Below, piece by piece: positions 25,913 to 40,285 of a stretch of DNA of 64,000 nt; position 1 is the stretch's first letter, and each line of letters begins with the position of its first letter. Under the pieces are notes generated by a model, which was not told the origin of the DNA, made no database searches, and worked only from the letters and a program-made list of their open reading frames with translations. The stretch comes from Octopus sinensis. Taxonomy: Eukaryota. The position numbers and the translations under genes were made by a program. The stretch is taken from contig NC_043010.1 of NCBI RefSeq assembly GCF_006345805.1, positions 16,864,001 to 16,928,000 on the forward strand. Direction: 5' to 3'.

Positions 25913-27030
25913 TGGTAGTGGTGGTGGTGGTGGTGGTGGTGCTCATGTGACATTGAAACTGGTGATAGTGGTGCTATTGGTGGTGGTGATGATGATGATG
26001 AATTTGGTGGTGATGAGGATGCTGCTGGTGATAATGATGATACAGTTGTTGGTGATGATGATGTTGGTGGTGATGATGCTGATGGTGGTGATGATGCTGA
26101 TGGTGATGATGATGCTGTTGGTGGTGATGATGCTGATAGTGGTGATGATGCTGCTGCTGATGATGATGCTGTTGCTGATGATGATGCTGATGATGATGAT
26201 GATGCTGTTGGTAGTGATGATGCTGATGATGATGATGATGCTGTTGGTGGTGATGATGCTGATAGTGGTGATGATGCTGATGCTGATGATGATGCTGTTG
26301 CTGATGATGATGCTGTTGGTGGTGATGATGCTGATGATGATGATGTTGGTGGTGATGATGCTGCTGATGATGATGATGCTGTTGGTGGTGATGATGATGC
26401 TGTTGGTGGTGATGATGCTGATGGTGACGATGAGGCTGATGATGATGATGATGCTGATGATGATGATGATGCTGTTGGTGGTGATGATGCTGATGATGAT
26501 GATGATGCTGTTGGTGGTGATGATGCTGATGATGATGATGTTGGTGGTGATGATGCTGCTGATGATGATGATGCTGTTGGTGGTGATGATGATGATGTTG
26601 GTGGTGATGATGCTGATGCTGATGATGATGCTGTTGGTGGTGATGATGCTGATGATGATGATGTTGGTGGTGATGATGCTGCTGATGATGATGATGCTGT
26701 TGGTGGTGATGATGCTGATGGTGATGATGAGGCTGATGATGATGATGATGCTGATGATGATGATGATGCTGTTGGTGGTGATGATGCTGATGATGATGAT
26801 GTTGGTGGTGATGATGCTGATGATGATGATGATGCTGTTGGTGGTGATGATGCTGATGATGATGATGTTGGTGGTGATGATGCTGCTGATGATGATGATG
26901 CTGTTGGTGGTGATGATGATGATGTTGGTGGTGATGATGCTGATGCTGATGATGATGATGTTGGTGGTAATGATGCTGTTATTGTTATTGAAAGGGATTC
27001 AAAATGATGCCAGGGGTGGTGGTGGTGGTG
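25913..27030. repeat. GAT/GCT/GGT/GTT triplet minisatellite with ~297-bp higher-order duplication
   Basis: Recurring gatgatgctgttggtggtgatgatgct unit; rare GAGG marker at 26432 and 26729. Confidence 0.9.
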
Positions 27031-27646
27031 GTCTCGGTATGAAAAGGAGGAAGATAGACAGACAAATGTAAAAGAAATACAGGTAGACAAAGAAGGGGAG
27101 GGGGGGCGATGAGACAGGCAGACAGGCAGACAGACAGAGAGAGTGAAAGGAATGATGGTAGATATGGGAGTTACTGTAAAGATTAAAGATTTTTCAAAAA
27201 GCATTAATCAGTCTGTGCATGCATGCATGCACACATGGAGGCATGGATGTGTAAACATGTGTGTGTGTGTGTGTTTATGTGTGAGTGTGTGTGCATATGT
27301 GTGCACATGTGTGTGTTAGTGTGTGAACGTACAGGTGTGGGTGTGTCTATAAGTGTGTGTGTGTGTATAGTATTGGAGAGTGTTGTTTATATTCCTTTGT
27401 GCTTCAATGTGAGCATGCGTGTGTGTGCATGTATGTATTTGCATGCATGTATGTGTGTGTGTGTGTGTCTATAATAGAGACGTGCAAACTCCGTTACAAT
27501 TAAAGACTGGCATATAACTGAGAGTGTGTTTATTTGTGTATTTGTTTGTGTTTGTGTTTTTCCATGACTTAAAATGTTTGTGTATGTCTTTATAAATAAT
27601 TGTAAGTCATCTTAAACACACACACATAAACAATACATATACATGC

Positions 27647-27731
<85 letters not shown>

Positions 27732-27984
27732 TACATACATACATATACATACATGTATATATATACAGTCATACATATCTCTTAGATACCCTAAATTATA
27801 ATTTTAAATAATTATTACCTTTGAAAGGTTTTTATTCCCATGCTGGCCACCTGATAAGATTGGTATTTAAATATTGATCTTATCCTTATTTTTATAAAGT
27901 CATACATGTGTGTGTGTGTGTGTGTGTGTGCATGTGTGTGTGTGTGTGTGTGTGTGTGCGCGTGTGTGTGTGTATACATATTAT

Positions 27985-29100
27985 GGTATAGGTTATAGTC
28001 TAGTCACCCGTTTAGTTAACCAAGTAATACATGAAGGAGTCATACCCAATGACTGGTGTAGCAGCATAATAGTCAACAGCTACAACGGTAAAGGTGATGC
28101 CTTAGATAGAAATAGTTACAGAGGTATCAGATTGTTGGATCAGGAGATGAAAGTCACGGAAAGGGTTATAGCCCATTTAATTAGGGAGACAGTTAGTCTA
28201 GATGAGATGCAGTTTGGTTTTGTGCCAGGGAGAAGCACCACTGATGCTATATTTCTGGCAAGACAGCTGCAGGAGAAATACCTAGTCAAAGTTAAACCGC
28301 TGTACTTGGCTTTTGTTGACATAGAGAAAGCCTTTGATAGGGTCTCCCAATCCCTTATCTGGTGGTCAATGCAGAAACTAGGGATAGACGAGTGGTTGGT
28401 GAGAGCTGTACAATCCATGTACTGGGATGCTGTCAGTAAGGTGAGGGTTGGCAACAAGTACAGCAAAGAATTCAGGGTACAAGTAGGAGGTTCACCAAGG
28501 ATTGGTCCTCAGCCCCCACTTGTTCATCATAGTCCTCCTTGCAATAGCAGAGGAATTCAAGACAGGATGCTCCTGGGGGCTTCTATATGCTGATGACCTT
28601 GCTCTAATAGCTGAATCACTATCAGAACAATAGGAGAAGGGTCAGGTGTGGAAGCAAGGTCTAGAATCGAAGGGCCTAACAAAAACCAAAGTCTTGATAA
28701 GTAGGAAGGCAGGCAAACCACAAATCCATTCAAATAGATGGCCCCTCTTGATCTGTAGAAAAGATGTAGGTAGAAACTCCATAAGATGTACCCAGTGTAA
28801 GCTATGGACACATAAAAGGTGCAGCAATATCAAAGGAAGGTTAACTGGGAAGATAGTTTTTGTGTGTGGAAGATGCACAGGTAGAGTAAACCCTGAAAAT
28901 GTACAGAAAACAGATTCCATCACATGCCAAGGGGAAAAACTAGAAATGGGTGATAACTTCCGTTACCTAGGTAACCAAGTCAGTAGCAAGGGTGGCTGCT
29001 CTGATAGTGTAGCTGCTAGAATAAGATTAGGCTGGGCAAAGTTCAGAGAGCTCCTACCTCTGCTGGAAACAAAGGGCCTCTTACTCATAGTGAAAGCTGA
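27985..29100 (+). pseudogene. RTE LINE reverse transcriptase domain, lightly decayed
   Basis: YRGIRLL, QFGFVPGRSTTDAIF, AFVDIEKAFDRV, LYADD (about 28583-28597), C4HC3 finger, FRYLGNQV and RIRLGWAKFREL. Confidence 0.95.
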
Positions 29101-29177
29101 GAGATTTAGAAATAATAATGTTTCTATTTATATTCTTTTTTTAAAATAGAGGTTGAAATAATGGCATTAAGGGATAC

Positions 29178-29590
29178 TCTCTTTTCTTTTACTCTCTTTT
29201 ACTTGTTTCAGTCATTTGACTGTGGCCATGCTGGAGCACTACCTTTAATCGAGCAAATCGACCCCAGGACTTATTCTTTGTAAGCCTAGTACTTATTTTA
29301 TCGGTCTCTTTTGCCGAACTGCTAAGTTACGGGGACGTCAACACACCAGCATCGGTTGTCAAGCGATGTTGGGGCGACAAACACAGACACACAAACATAT
29401 ATACACACACATACATATATATATATGATGGGCTTCTTTCAGCTTCCGTCTACCAAATCCACTCACAAGGCTTTGGTCGGCCCGAGGCTATAGTAGAAGA
29501 CACTTGCCCAAGTGCCACGTAGTGGGACTGAATCCGGAACCATGTGGTTAGTAAGCAAGCTACTTACCACACAGCCACTCCTATGCCTAT
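29178..29590 (-). mobile_element. SINE family A, full length
   Basis: Complete structure. Confidence 0.9.
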
Positions 29591-29684
29591 AGGAAATATC
29601 CAATGAATTACTGGTTTGTTATCTATAAATTTTTTGTGAATAGCGATATTCCTAAAATAATAGGTTTAAGTAGAAATCTTGTTT

Positions 29685-29992
29685 TATAAATATTCAAATT
29701 AAAATCCAGAAAATGGAGATGTAGCATTAATATAATTTATTAACTGCAAAAAAATTCAGTATGTTTTTTACAGCTATTGAGATGTTTTGGAAGAATAACA
29801 TGTAATAACCTAACGATATGTCTTTTTTACTCCTCTGATGAGATGTTGCCCAATAAAAATGTTTTAATTATTGGAATTTAATTCTTTTGGGGCAAAATCG
29901 AAACAGCTGTAAGTGATATTGTTCAGCTTTTGCAGTTAATAAATTTCATTAATGCTACTTCTCCATTTTCTGGATTTTAATTTGAATATATA
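29685..29992 (+). mobile_element. Penelope-like pseudo-LTR fragment with inverted copy
   Basis: 29688-29780 is an imperfect reverse complement of 29895-29990; contains a hammerhead; followed by (TA)n. Confidence 0.6.
29828..29916 (+). ncRNA. Minimal type-I hammerhead ribozyme motif
   Basis: CUGAUGA (29835-29841), stem II GAUgUUGCCC/GGGCAAaAUC, GAAA-C-AGCU-G-UA (29900-29911); stem I decayed. Confidence 0.75.
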
Positions 29993-30008
29993 TATATATA
30001 TATATATC

Positions 30009-30047
<39 letters not shown>

Positions 30048-30076
30048 GCATGTGTATATGCATGTGTATGTATATA

Positions 30077-30260
30077 TATATCATGTTGAAAGCACCGGTT
30101 CTCATCTGATCACCGAAGTTAAGAAACGTCGAGCCTAGTCAGTACTTAGATGAGTGACCGCTTGGGAAACTTAGGCGCAGTAAGCATAGCACATTGTTTA
30201 ATGGCGGTGCCCCAGCATGGCTACAGCTCGTGAGCTGAAACTAGATAAAATAAATAAAAT
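30077..30260 (+). mobile_element. 5S rRNA-derived head fused to a LINE 3' tail (SINE3-like or chimeric retrocopy)
   Basis: 30077-30186 follows eukaryotic 5S rRNA (GTTGAAAGCACCGGTTCTC..GATCACCGAAGTTAAG..AGTACTT.GATG.GTGACCGC.TGGGAA); 30200-30250 is 50/51 identical to the reverse complement of 52251-52301. Confidence 0.85.
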
Positions 30261-30299
30261 GTAGGTATGAAGAGATTGTAGAGAGAATTAAACGTCTTT

Positions 30300-31680
30300 G
30301 TGTGTTGTATACAAGATTTAACATGGAAGAGAGCCTCTACCAGACTCCTGTGTATGGAATATTGAACTTTCCCTCACTGATGCCAAGAAGAAAGGGAAAT
30401 ATAACTAAGAAAGATTGGTGAATGAAGAGGACATATGAGAGACAGGGCTGTCCCAAGAAAGCCCAACAAAGTAACCAGCTGTTGAAGACATCAGCTCTAT
30501 GGTTGATAGGGTGATTAAGAATATGAAAGCATCAGGAAATTTCTGAGTTCAACCACCAGGGAAGTTTTGAGATGTTGAAAATATTTGGTGAAGTAGAGTT
30601 ACTTGTATAGTCATGGAGGTGTCATACTTGATGACTGGTATAGCAGTAGTTATTAACTACTATGACAACAACAACAACAACAACAACAACAATACCTTTA
30701 TTAATAACTACTGAGACATCAACTTGATAGACCAAGTTATGAAAGTAACAGAAAAAGGTAGATATAACACAACTGATTAGGGAGAGAATTAGCTTAAATG
30801 GGATTTAGTCTATGTTTGTGCCAGGCTTGGGTGCCATCAATGCTCTCTTTCTAATAAGAAAAAGGAAATTCTGAACTTAAAATAAGCCACTGTACATCAC
30901 CATAAAGCAAGCTGTTGAATGGGCAATATACTGTATCATATGGTGATAGCCAAGAAAATTAGGTGCAGAGGCCATGAACAAGGAGACAATTTAACAAAGA
31001 GTTCTGCCAGGAACTTTGAATGCAGTTTGATGTCCCTTAGGGTTCAGTTGTCAACCCATTTCAGTTTATTAGTCTCTAACAGACAAGCTTAGTAGCAGCA
31101 GCCCATGGAAGCTCCTGTGTGCCAGAGACATAGAGGAGACAGAAACTCCTATACACTCTCATAATTGAATCTTTCAATGAGTTATGGAAGTACTAAACAT
31201 GGAAGCAATGCCAAGAATTAAGGAGTCTCAAGGTAAATCTAGCCAAGAAAAAGTTTGCATTAGCAGAAAAGACAAGACTCTGCCATCATCAGGAAGGTGG
31301 CTATGCTCAAGGAGAGAAGGTGTGAAATACTGCAGCAAATGTGGAGGATGTGCTGGGATTGGAATGAAATGGAATTACAATGTGAAGGAGTAAAAGAGGA
31401 AAAAATTAAATAAAAACAAAAGATTAAAAGGAATCAGATAGAAACATGTAAGAGAGGAGGTTGTTGTGCTGGTGTGGTCATGTGATGCATATGGAAGCAT
31501 GTGGTTTGGTGGAGAAGTGTCAAGTAATTTGAGTAGAAGAAACCTGAAGAAGAGGAAAATGGGAGAAGATGTGGGGAAGATGGTGAGGGTTGATCTCACT
31601 GAACCTTGTTTAAGAAATGGCAAAAGATTGTAAGAAATGGTACAGAAGGAGACATGCAACATTGAAAAGAGAACATAAAA
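30300..31680 (+). pseudogene. Heavily decayed RTE RT region
   Basis: Residual similarity to 27985-29100 (gtttgtgccagg; KEKVCISRK..PSSGRWLC); probably continues at 32110. Confidence 0.55.
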
Positions 31681-31767
31681 TTATGATGTCTATATATATA
31701 TATATATATATATATGAAAAAACAAGTCAAGATGGAAAATGCTAAAATAATTTTATAAAGAACATTT

Positions 31768-31810
31768 CAGTACCGGTTTCAGTCATTTGAGACCTTTTCA
31801 ACTGTAATGA
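31768..31810 (-). ncRNA. Decayed hammerhead motif
   Basis: CAUUACAG-UUGAAAA-GGUC-UCAAAU-GACU-GAAA-C-CG-G-UA-CUGAAAUG; stem I 7/8 paired; two core transitions. Confidence 0.5.
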
Positions 31811-31924
31811 TTAAATAATTAAATTTAGAAAAATTAAAAGAAAAGTTTTTTTAAAAGAATATTTGTTTAGTGTTCAAATATAAGTGGCATTTTCCTTGTT
31901 TCTGCCTTTCTCTGTCTCTCTTGT

Positions 31925-32105
31925 TTACACTTGTGGTCTGTACCCTCTGTAAAGTGGTTAGCATAAGGAAGGGCATCCAGCCATAGAAACCATGGCAAAA
32001 CAGACAACTGGAGTCTGGTGCAGCTCTCCAACTGGACAGCTCCTGTCAAAGCATCCAACCCATGCCAGCAGATAGAAAAGCAGATGATGGTGAGGATGAT
32101 GATGA
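31925..32105 (+). mobile_element. RTE-type tail
   Basis: ggaagggcatccagccatagaaacc..ccaacccatgccagc..(GAT)n. Confidence 0.75.
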
Positions 32106-32109
32106 TTAT

Positions 32110-33680
32110 ATCAGTTACCTAGGTGACCTAATAAACAATGGAGGAGGTTCTGAAAGTGTAGCTGCTGGAGTGAGACTAGGATGGAAGAAGTTCAACAAAT
32201 TGTTCCTTCTGTTGGCAACGAAGGATCTTTGTGCTGGAGTGAAAGCTTGATTGTATGAGGCTTGCTTACAAACAGCAAAGACTAGTGGGGAATGAAACCA
32301 GTATGCTGTGTTGGGTGTGCAACATCCCGTGTGCAAGAACAACAAAGGGCCAATGTAGTGAGAGTAAAATTAGGCTTAAGAAGAATCAGGTGTCGTTTGC
32401 AAGAGAGAAGACTGCACAGGTTTGGTCTTGTGATGCACATGGATGAGGACATCCATGTGCGTCCCATGATAAAGAAGTGCCGATCACTTAAAGTGGATGG
32501 AACTTGTGGAAGATGGAGACCCAGGAAGACATGGGATGAAATAGTGAAGGTAGATGTTAAGATGCTGAGCTTCATGGAGGAGATGACAAAGGACTAAGAT
32601 GACCAGCAGTTCAGTGTCCAAGATGAACCATTCATCACAGCAAGAATGATATCCTAAAGCCATTCTGTGTAGGCTTGTGACCATTCTTCCCTATCAGACA
32701 TTGTCTCATACCTCATTCCCTCACACCCAACAGAATCTGCAGGTATTACTCCCCCCTCCACCCGCTTCTTCTGCATTACCTCTTACCTTATCTCTCTCCC
32801 CTGCATCCTTCTATCCATCATTTTCAGTCTTCTTCCTTCCTCCCCCACCCTAGAACCTTCTCCAATCACCCCCTTTCCATTTCTCTCTCTCCTCTCCTAT
32901 AATCCGTTTTAACACATCTTCTGCCGTGCTCAGCACCCTCTCATGTTTGCCATAACACCCTACTCACTATAGCCACCCTCATGTACCCTACATATTCCTC
33001 CCCACCACACCATATCCCTTCCCCACATTCTGGTCCCTCCTTCCTCAGCCACTTCCACCTTTCTCCCCATTCCCCCCTCTCCAAACCGATATTTCCCATC
33101 AACCACACCTCGACCCTTGTTCCTCACTTCTACCCCCATCTCTGACTACTTCTTACTCTCCCCTCACATTCTTATTAAAGTACCCATTCTCTCCTCTGCT
33201 CTCCCAACCCACTGATTGTATCCTCTCTTACACCCACCCTCTTTCTACCCTGCCACTTTGCTCTGGCACTCCTTCACAAATCTCTTTCCCTTCTTCCTAA
33301 TGCCACTCATTCATGTGGAGTCACCATGTGGCTTCTCAATAGCAGGACACTTCCCTCTCCCAGCACCTCCCCCTCCCAACTAACCTCCTTCCCACAACCT
33401 ACCCACGGGGGTGGGGGGGGCATTTTTACCCCTTTACCATGCTTTTCTGTCTGGAGACTTACTTGGCAACCACATGAGTACAAGTGGCAGCACAAAAAAA
33501 TAAAACCACCTGGGTATACATTGTGAAACATGAGGTTAGGAAGAGCATCCTGCTGTAGAAACCGTGTCAAGGCTGGCAGTGAAGATCAGTTCAGCTCTGC
33601 AGCTCAACGGATCCTGTCAAACCGTGCCACCTATGCCAGCATGCAAAACAGACAATGATGATGACGATGATGATGATCAT
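32110..33680 (+). mobile_element. RTE LINE 3' end with ~650-bp C/T-rich UTR and tail
   Basis: SYLGDLINNGGGSES, RLHRFGLVMHM and RPRKTWDEIVK; C-rich 32690-33330 homologous to 44730-45100. Confidence 0.8.
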
Positions 33681-33829
33681 CATCATATATCATATATATC
33701 TATATATATATATCTATATATATAGATATATGTATATATACATGTATTATACGTATATATATATATGTATCTATATTATATATATATATATATAATATAT
33801 ATAATATAGTATATATATATAGGAATGAT

Positions 33830-34424
33830 TTTTTTTATATATAATGAACGTGAAATACAGGAAGGGACGAACACGAACAACAGACAAATCATTCGATAGC
33901 CTTCAATCTATCAGTCAGACAACCGAATCATCATAGCAAATTTCGGCTGTTCAATTCTGATATTTGCTCCAACTCGGCCAGCCCAAGAAAAAAACTAAGC
34001 TGTAACATTAGATTCTTGTAGAAGACAGGAATGTGAACGCACAAGACGGATGTGAATACAAGAGACGAACGAAATTGAAAACGTAATGAAAAACAAATAT
34101 CTATATACGGTGGTTGTCATACGACCTTTAGACCAACTGAGACAAACAACAACAACATAGCAGCTGGCGTAGAAATACTTACCGTTTTCGGTACGCGGAC
34201 ACATGTTGGTCGAGATACGAAGGCCACAGAATGTTGAAGAAGCAGAGTCGCGAGGAAGAGAGAACGAGAGACAAGAGGAGAGGGAATCAAAGAGGGTGGT
34301 AAGGCAGGGACGGAATCAGTGACCAAGAGAGAAGGAGAAAATAGGGATTAGGAGTATGGAGGAAGAGATAGATGTAAGAATCGGAGGGCGCCAAAAAGTT
34401 TGGTGAAGAAGCAATGGCGGGTAG

Positions 34425-34425
<1 letters not shown>
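33830..34425 (+). repeat. CpG-rich (TA)n-flanked unclassified element
   Basis: (TA)n on both sides; 5' part homologous to 12490-12600. Confidence 0.5.
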
Positions 34426-36260
<1,835 letters not shown>

Positions 36261-36726
36261 CATATATAATGGGCATGTGTGTGTGTGTGTGTGTGACATG
36301 TATATGAACAGTCATGTGTGTGTGTGTTTGGGAGTGTATGTGGGTGTATGCCTGTCTCTATCCTATTTTGTGGTGAACAATATTTGGAGGTTCGTCGAAG
36401 GATCGATGTGTCGGTGCCTGTAGGAATGGTTCAATGGAGAATGGATGGAAGGCTGAGTAACAGGAGAGATTCTATTAGTTTAGAAAGAGGGGGAAGGCAT
36501 CACCAGAGGATAGATATGTATATTTGTATCTTTCTTTATATTATATATATATATATATAGATATATATATGTTCGAGTATGTATGTGTGTATGCATATAT
36601 ATATATATATATATATGTATGTATATATGTATAATAATACATATATATATATATAGCATATATTATATAATATATATAATGTAATATCTATATATTTATA
36701 TATATATATTATATATATATATAGTG

Positions 36727-37059
36727 AAGGCGCATGGCTCAGTGGTTAGAGCGTCGAGCTTACGATCGTGAGGTTGTGAGCTCGAACCCCGGACGGGCTG
36801 CGTGTTGTGTTCTCAAGCAAGGCACTTTATTTTCACGTTGCTCCAGTTCACTCAGCTGTAGAAATGAGTTGCGACGTCACTGGTGCCAAGCTGTATCGAC
36901 CTTTGTCTTTCCCTTGGATAACACTGGTGGCGTGGAGAGGGAGGCTGGCTGATGCAGGCGCTGCTGGCTTCCTAAACAACCTTGCCCGGACTTGTGTCTA
37001 GGAGGGTAACTTTCTAGGTGCAATCCCATGGTCCTTCATGACCGAAGGGGGTCTTTACC

Positions 37060-37060
<1 letters not shown>
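36727..37060 (+). mobile_element. tRNA-derived SINE family C (V/CORE-like central segment)
   Basis: GGCGCATGGCTCAGTGGTTAGAGCG (A box), GAGCTCGAACCCC (B box), then gcaaggcacttt..ttgctccag..cagctgtagaaatg. Confidence 0.75.
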
Positions 37061-37099
<39 letters not shown>

Positions 37100-37162
37100 A
37101 TATATACAGAGAGAGAGAGGGAGGGAGACATGGTCAGACACAATAAGTACAGAGATTAATGC

Positions 37163-37196
<34 letters not shown>

Positions 37197-37810
37197 CTTT
37201 TATTGATTGTGCTTTACACCTGTTTTTTCATGCTAGCATGGGTTAGACAAATGTATAATATTGAGGTTTTGTTGTTTTTCCAGTTGCTTGTTTTCCAAGT
37301 CAAGGAGGTTTCATTCCACTTCTGTTTGAAAGTGCAGAACTATTGGACAATTTGTTGACAAGAATATGGCATGAGGCAACACTGTGTGTCACTCAGCTTT
37401 AAGCAGAATGTAAACATTCACATAGAAATACACATGTATGTGCACCCCCACCACACACACACACACACACACACACATATTCACAGACAGACAGACAGAC
37501 AGTTTGTGTCAGAGAGATGAATAGATAATGAAACAGGGAGCTGATACAGGTGTGTAACGGAGACATATGTACCTATATAAATAAATCTATTAGATGAATC
37601 TTTAATCACAGCAAGGAATGAAATTTTGATAAATGATACAAACTTTCTAATGCCATTCAGTGATTGAAGAACTTACTAATTAATAATGCTTAATACTATT
37701 AATTTACTAATTAATGACAATTATTATATAGCTGTAAAAATCTCTAAATATTTTGAATTCAAAAAGTCTGTGCAAATGCTCATGGTACTGTTGAATGGAA
37801 AAGGTTGTTA

Positions 37811-37854
<44 letters not shown>

Positions 37855-38225
37855 AATTATTGTATACAGTGCTCAGGTGCACCACAATTTGTCAAAAGTG
37901 CGTATAAAGCATATGCAGTGATGTACAAAAGTCTGGGAAGCGAACAGTGTATGAGTCAGATACATGCTTGCGTGTGTATGGAGGGGAGAAAATCAGGTGT
38001 AGTGTTGGCGAATCTCAGGAAGCATGGAAGTTTTGAAGGATGCAGTGCTCCGACAACTAACAACTGATGCTGGCAGTTTATTCCATGTTTCAGCAACTCT
38101 AAGCGTGAAAAAAAATGTTTCTGAAAGTCATGGGAGCTGTGCTGTTTTCTGACTTTATAAACATGTCCACGGGTGTTAGACAGATGGAGTTTGAAAAGGT
38201 GCTCAGAGTTATTGTTTGTAAGAAG
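37811..38225 (-). mobile_element. CR1-clade LINE 3' end with (ATT)n tail
   Basis: TRGHVYKVRKQ..HFF..RVAETWNKLP resembles CR1 RGHxxKL..FFSxRVVxxWNxLP. Confidence 0.8.
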
Positions 38226-38264
38226 GCCTAGGAGACAGGGTGTGCAGTAAGTAGACCCAATGGA

Positions 38265-39400
38265 AGGACCAGCTGCACGAGTTGACGATAGTATGGTGAA
38301 GAGAGTGATTAAGTGTGTGAAGGCAATGAAGGCTCCTGGTCCATCAGGTAACATCACTGAGATGCTTACAATACCTGGTAGAGCAGGGCTTGTCTCCAAC
38401 AAAGTGAATCAGAAAGTACAAAGAGGGCATCATATCCACTGATTAGTATAGCAGCATCATTATCAACTGTTACAAAGGGCAAAGGTGACACCCTAGAAAG
38501 ACATAACCAGGTATTAAACGATGTTATGAAGGTTAGAGAGAGGATTAGGGTATAATTGATTAGAAAGAGAATTATCACTGACGAAACTTGGTTTTGTGCC
38601 AAGAATTATCAGGTACAGAAACTGAACATAGAATTGGAAGACCTCAAGTAATCTTAGCAAAAGCTAAGAGAAAACAGAAATGGCCATGCTTGTTGAGTGG
38701 AAAAGAAATAGGTAGAAATTCCTCATGAGGTACCCAGTGTATATTATGGATGTAGTGATGTCAGAGGAAGGCTAACAGAGGAAGTAGACTTTGCATGCAG
38801 TGGGTGCACAATGGGCAGCAAGTATTAAGATAATGAGTGAAATCGGTGACCTTTTGGAAGTAGTTGATAGTGTTTCTGTTACCTAAGGGACCAGGTGGGT
38901 ATTCTGAAAGTATAAGAAGCAAGAACTGGTTGCAAGAAGGTTCCGGGAACCATTACTACTTCTGGCAACGAAATCATGTTTGTGAATGATGCTTGTGTAC
39001 AGAAGGTGTGAAGCTGCATTATTATGAGATGTGGGTGTTGGAACACGAAGGCTGTGCAAAGACTAGAAAGAGATGAAGTGAGGATGCGTAACACTAACGT
39101 GCACGAGTGACAGAGCAGGAATGAGCTGAGAGAGAGACAAGTGAATATGAGAGGAATGAAATAAAAATGTGTAAGAAAGAGAGAACTGCATTAGGAAGGA
39201 CATGTGGTGTGCATGGAGGAGGACAGTTGTATAAAAAGAAAGAAAGTACCAAGTACTTAATGTGAATGGAAACTGAAGAAGATTTGGGACAAGTGTTTGA
39301 AGACAGATCCAAAACTGTTGTCCACCTTACAGAAGTGATGACAAAGGCCTGTATTGATGGTAACGTACTGTGAAGGAGAAGATTTCACCCACCTCAAACG
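38265..39400 (+). pseudogene. Decayed, internally deleted RTE LINE
   Basis: VIKCVKAMKAPGPSGNITEML..VNCYKGKGDTL; later YLRD and LH*EGHVV-like motifs. Confidence 0.65.
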
Positions 39401-39712
39401 GCATGGTAAAAACACATGTCAAAATTTATGTGTTTGTGTGTATATATATTTGTACCCTTTGTTATATGTACATATAAACATGTATGCGTGCACATGTGCC
39501 TACATGTAGCTTCTCCTAGCTCAAACACATCACTGGCCCCTCTTACCACTCATCTGTCTATCCCTCATACCACTGTCACACGTCTCTAGCATCCTCACCA
39601 CTCATGCTACCATTGCCCACCCCTCGATCTCCCTCCCCTCTTCAAACTCTCACTGTATTACAGTATAGGTGTAATTAAGGATAGCAACAGATCTCTTTGG
39701 CTCCCTATATAT

Positions 39713-39945
39713 TTGTTTCTTTATTGCCCACAAGGGCCTAAACATAGAGGGGACAAACAAGGACAGACAAACAGATAAAGTCGATTACATCGACCCCAGT
39801 GCATGACTGGTACTTAATTTATCGACACCAAAAGGATGAAAGGCAAAGTCAACCTTGGCGGAATTTGAACTCAGAACGCAACGACAGACGCAATACTGCT
39901 AAGCATTTCGCCCGGTGTGCTAACGTTTCTGCCAGCTCGCCGCCT
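39713..39945 (-). mobile_element. SINE family M
   Basis: Full structure. Confidence 0.9.
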
Positions 39946-40064
39946 TAATATTGCTTCACTATAACTAGGGATACCGTTGAACCTATCTGACCCTCCCTCC
40001 AACAACCCCTCTACCCCCTCTCTCATCCTTATTACCCAGCTCCCTCCTCCATTTTAAGGTATAT

Positions 40065-40285
40065 ATTAGCATTCAAACTAGCCATACACAGAACAAATAT
40101 TGTCCCTGTCTTTTGTTCAAAGTGACCAGATCCAGCCCTTTACACATAACCTACAATGTCATTTCAAAAATAAGCAATCATGTCATTGAAACTTTGAAGT
40201 TATCAGATAATTCATGGTTAATTGAAAACTATGTGAATAAACAAGCATTGCCCATGACAGAATTATCTGAATGCTAAAGGGTTAA
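40065..40285. mobile_element. Possible piggyBac-type MITE remnant
   Basis: Right end AATGCTAAAGGG|TTAA; left end only TTAGCATT. Confidence 0.3.

Noticed and set aside
25861-27204. 447-aa Ser/Pro and 374-aa Met/Val ORFs
   Set aside because: Openness follows from GNT triplet composition; no splice, start or domain support
30077-30186. Functional 5S rRNA gene
   Set aside because: 5' end lost to (TA)n, many substitutions, no T-run terminator, fused to a LINE tail
36727-36800. tRNA-like sequences here and at 635-707 and 2685-2758
   Set aside because: No acceptor-stem pairing, and they continue into SINE bodies; these are SINE heads, not tRNA genes
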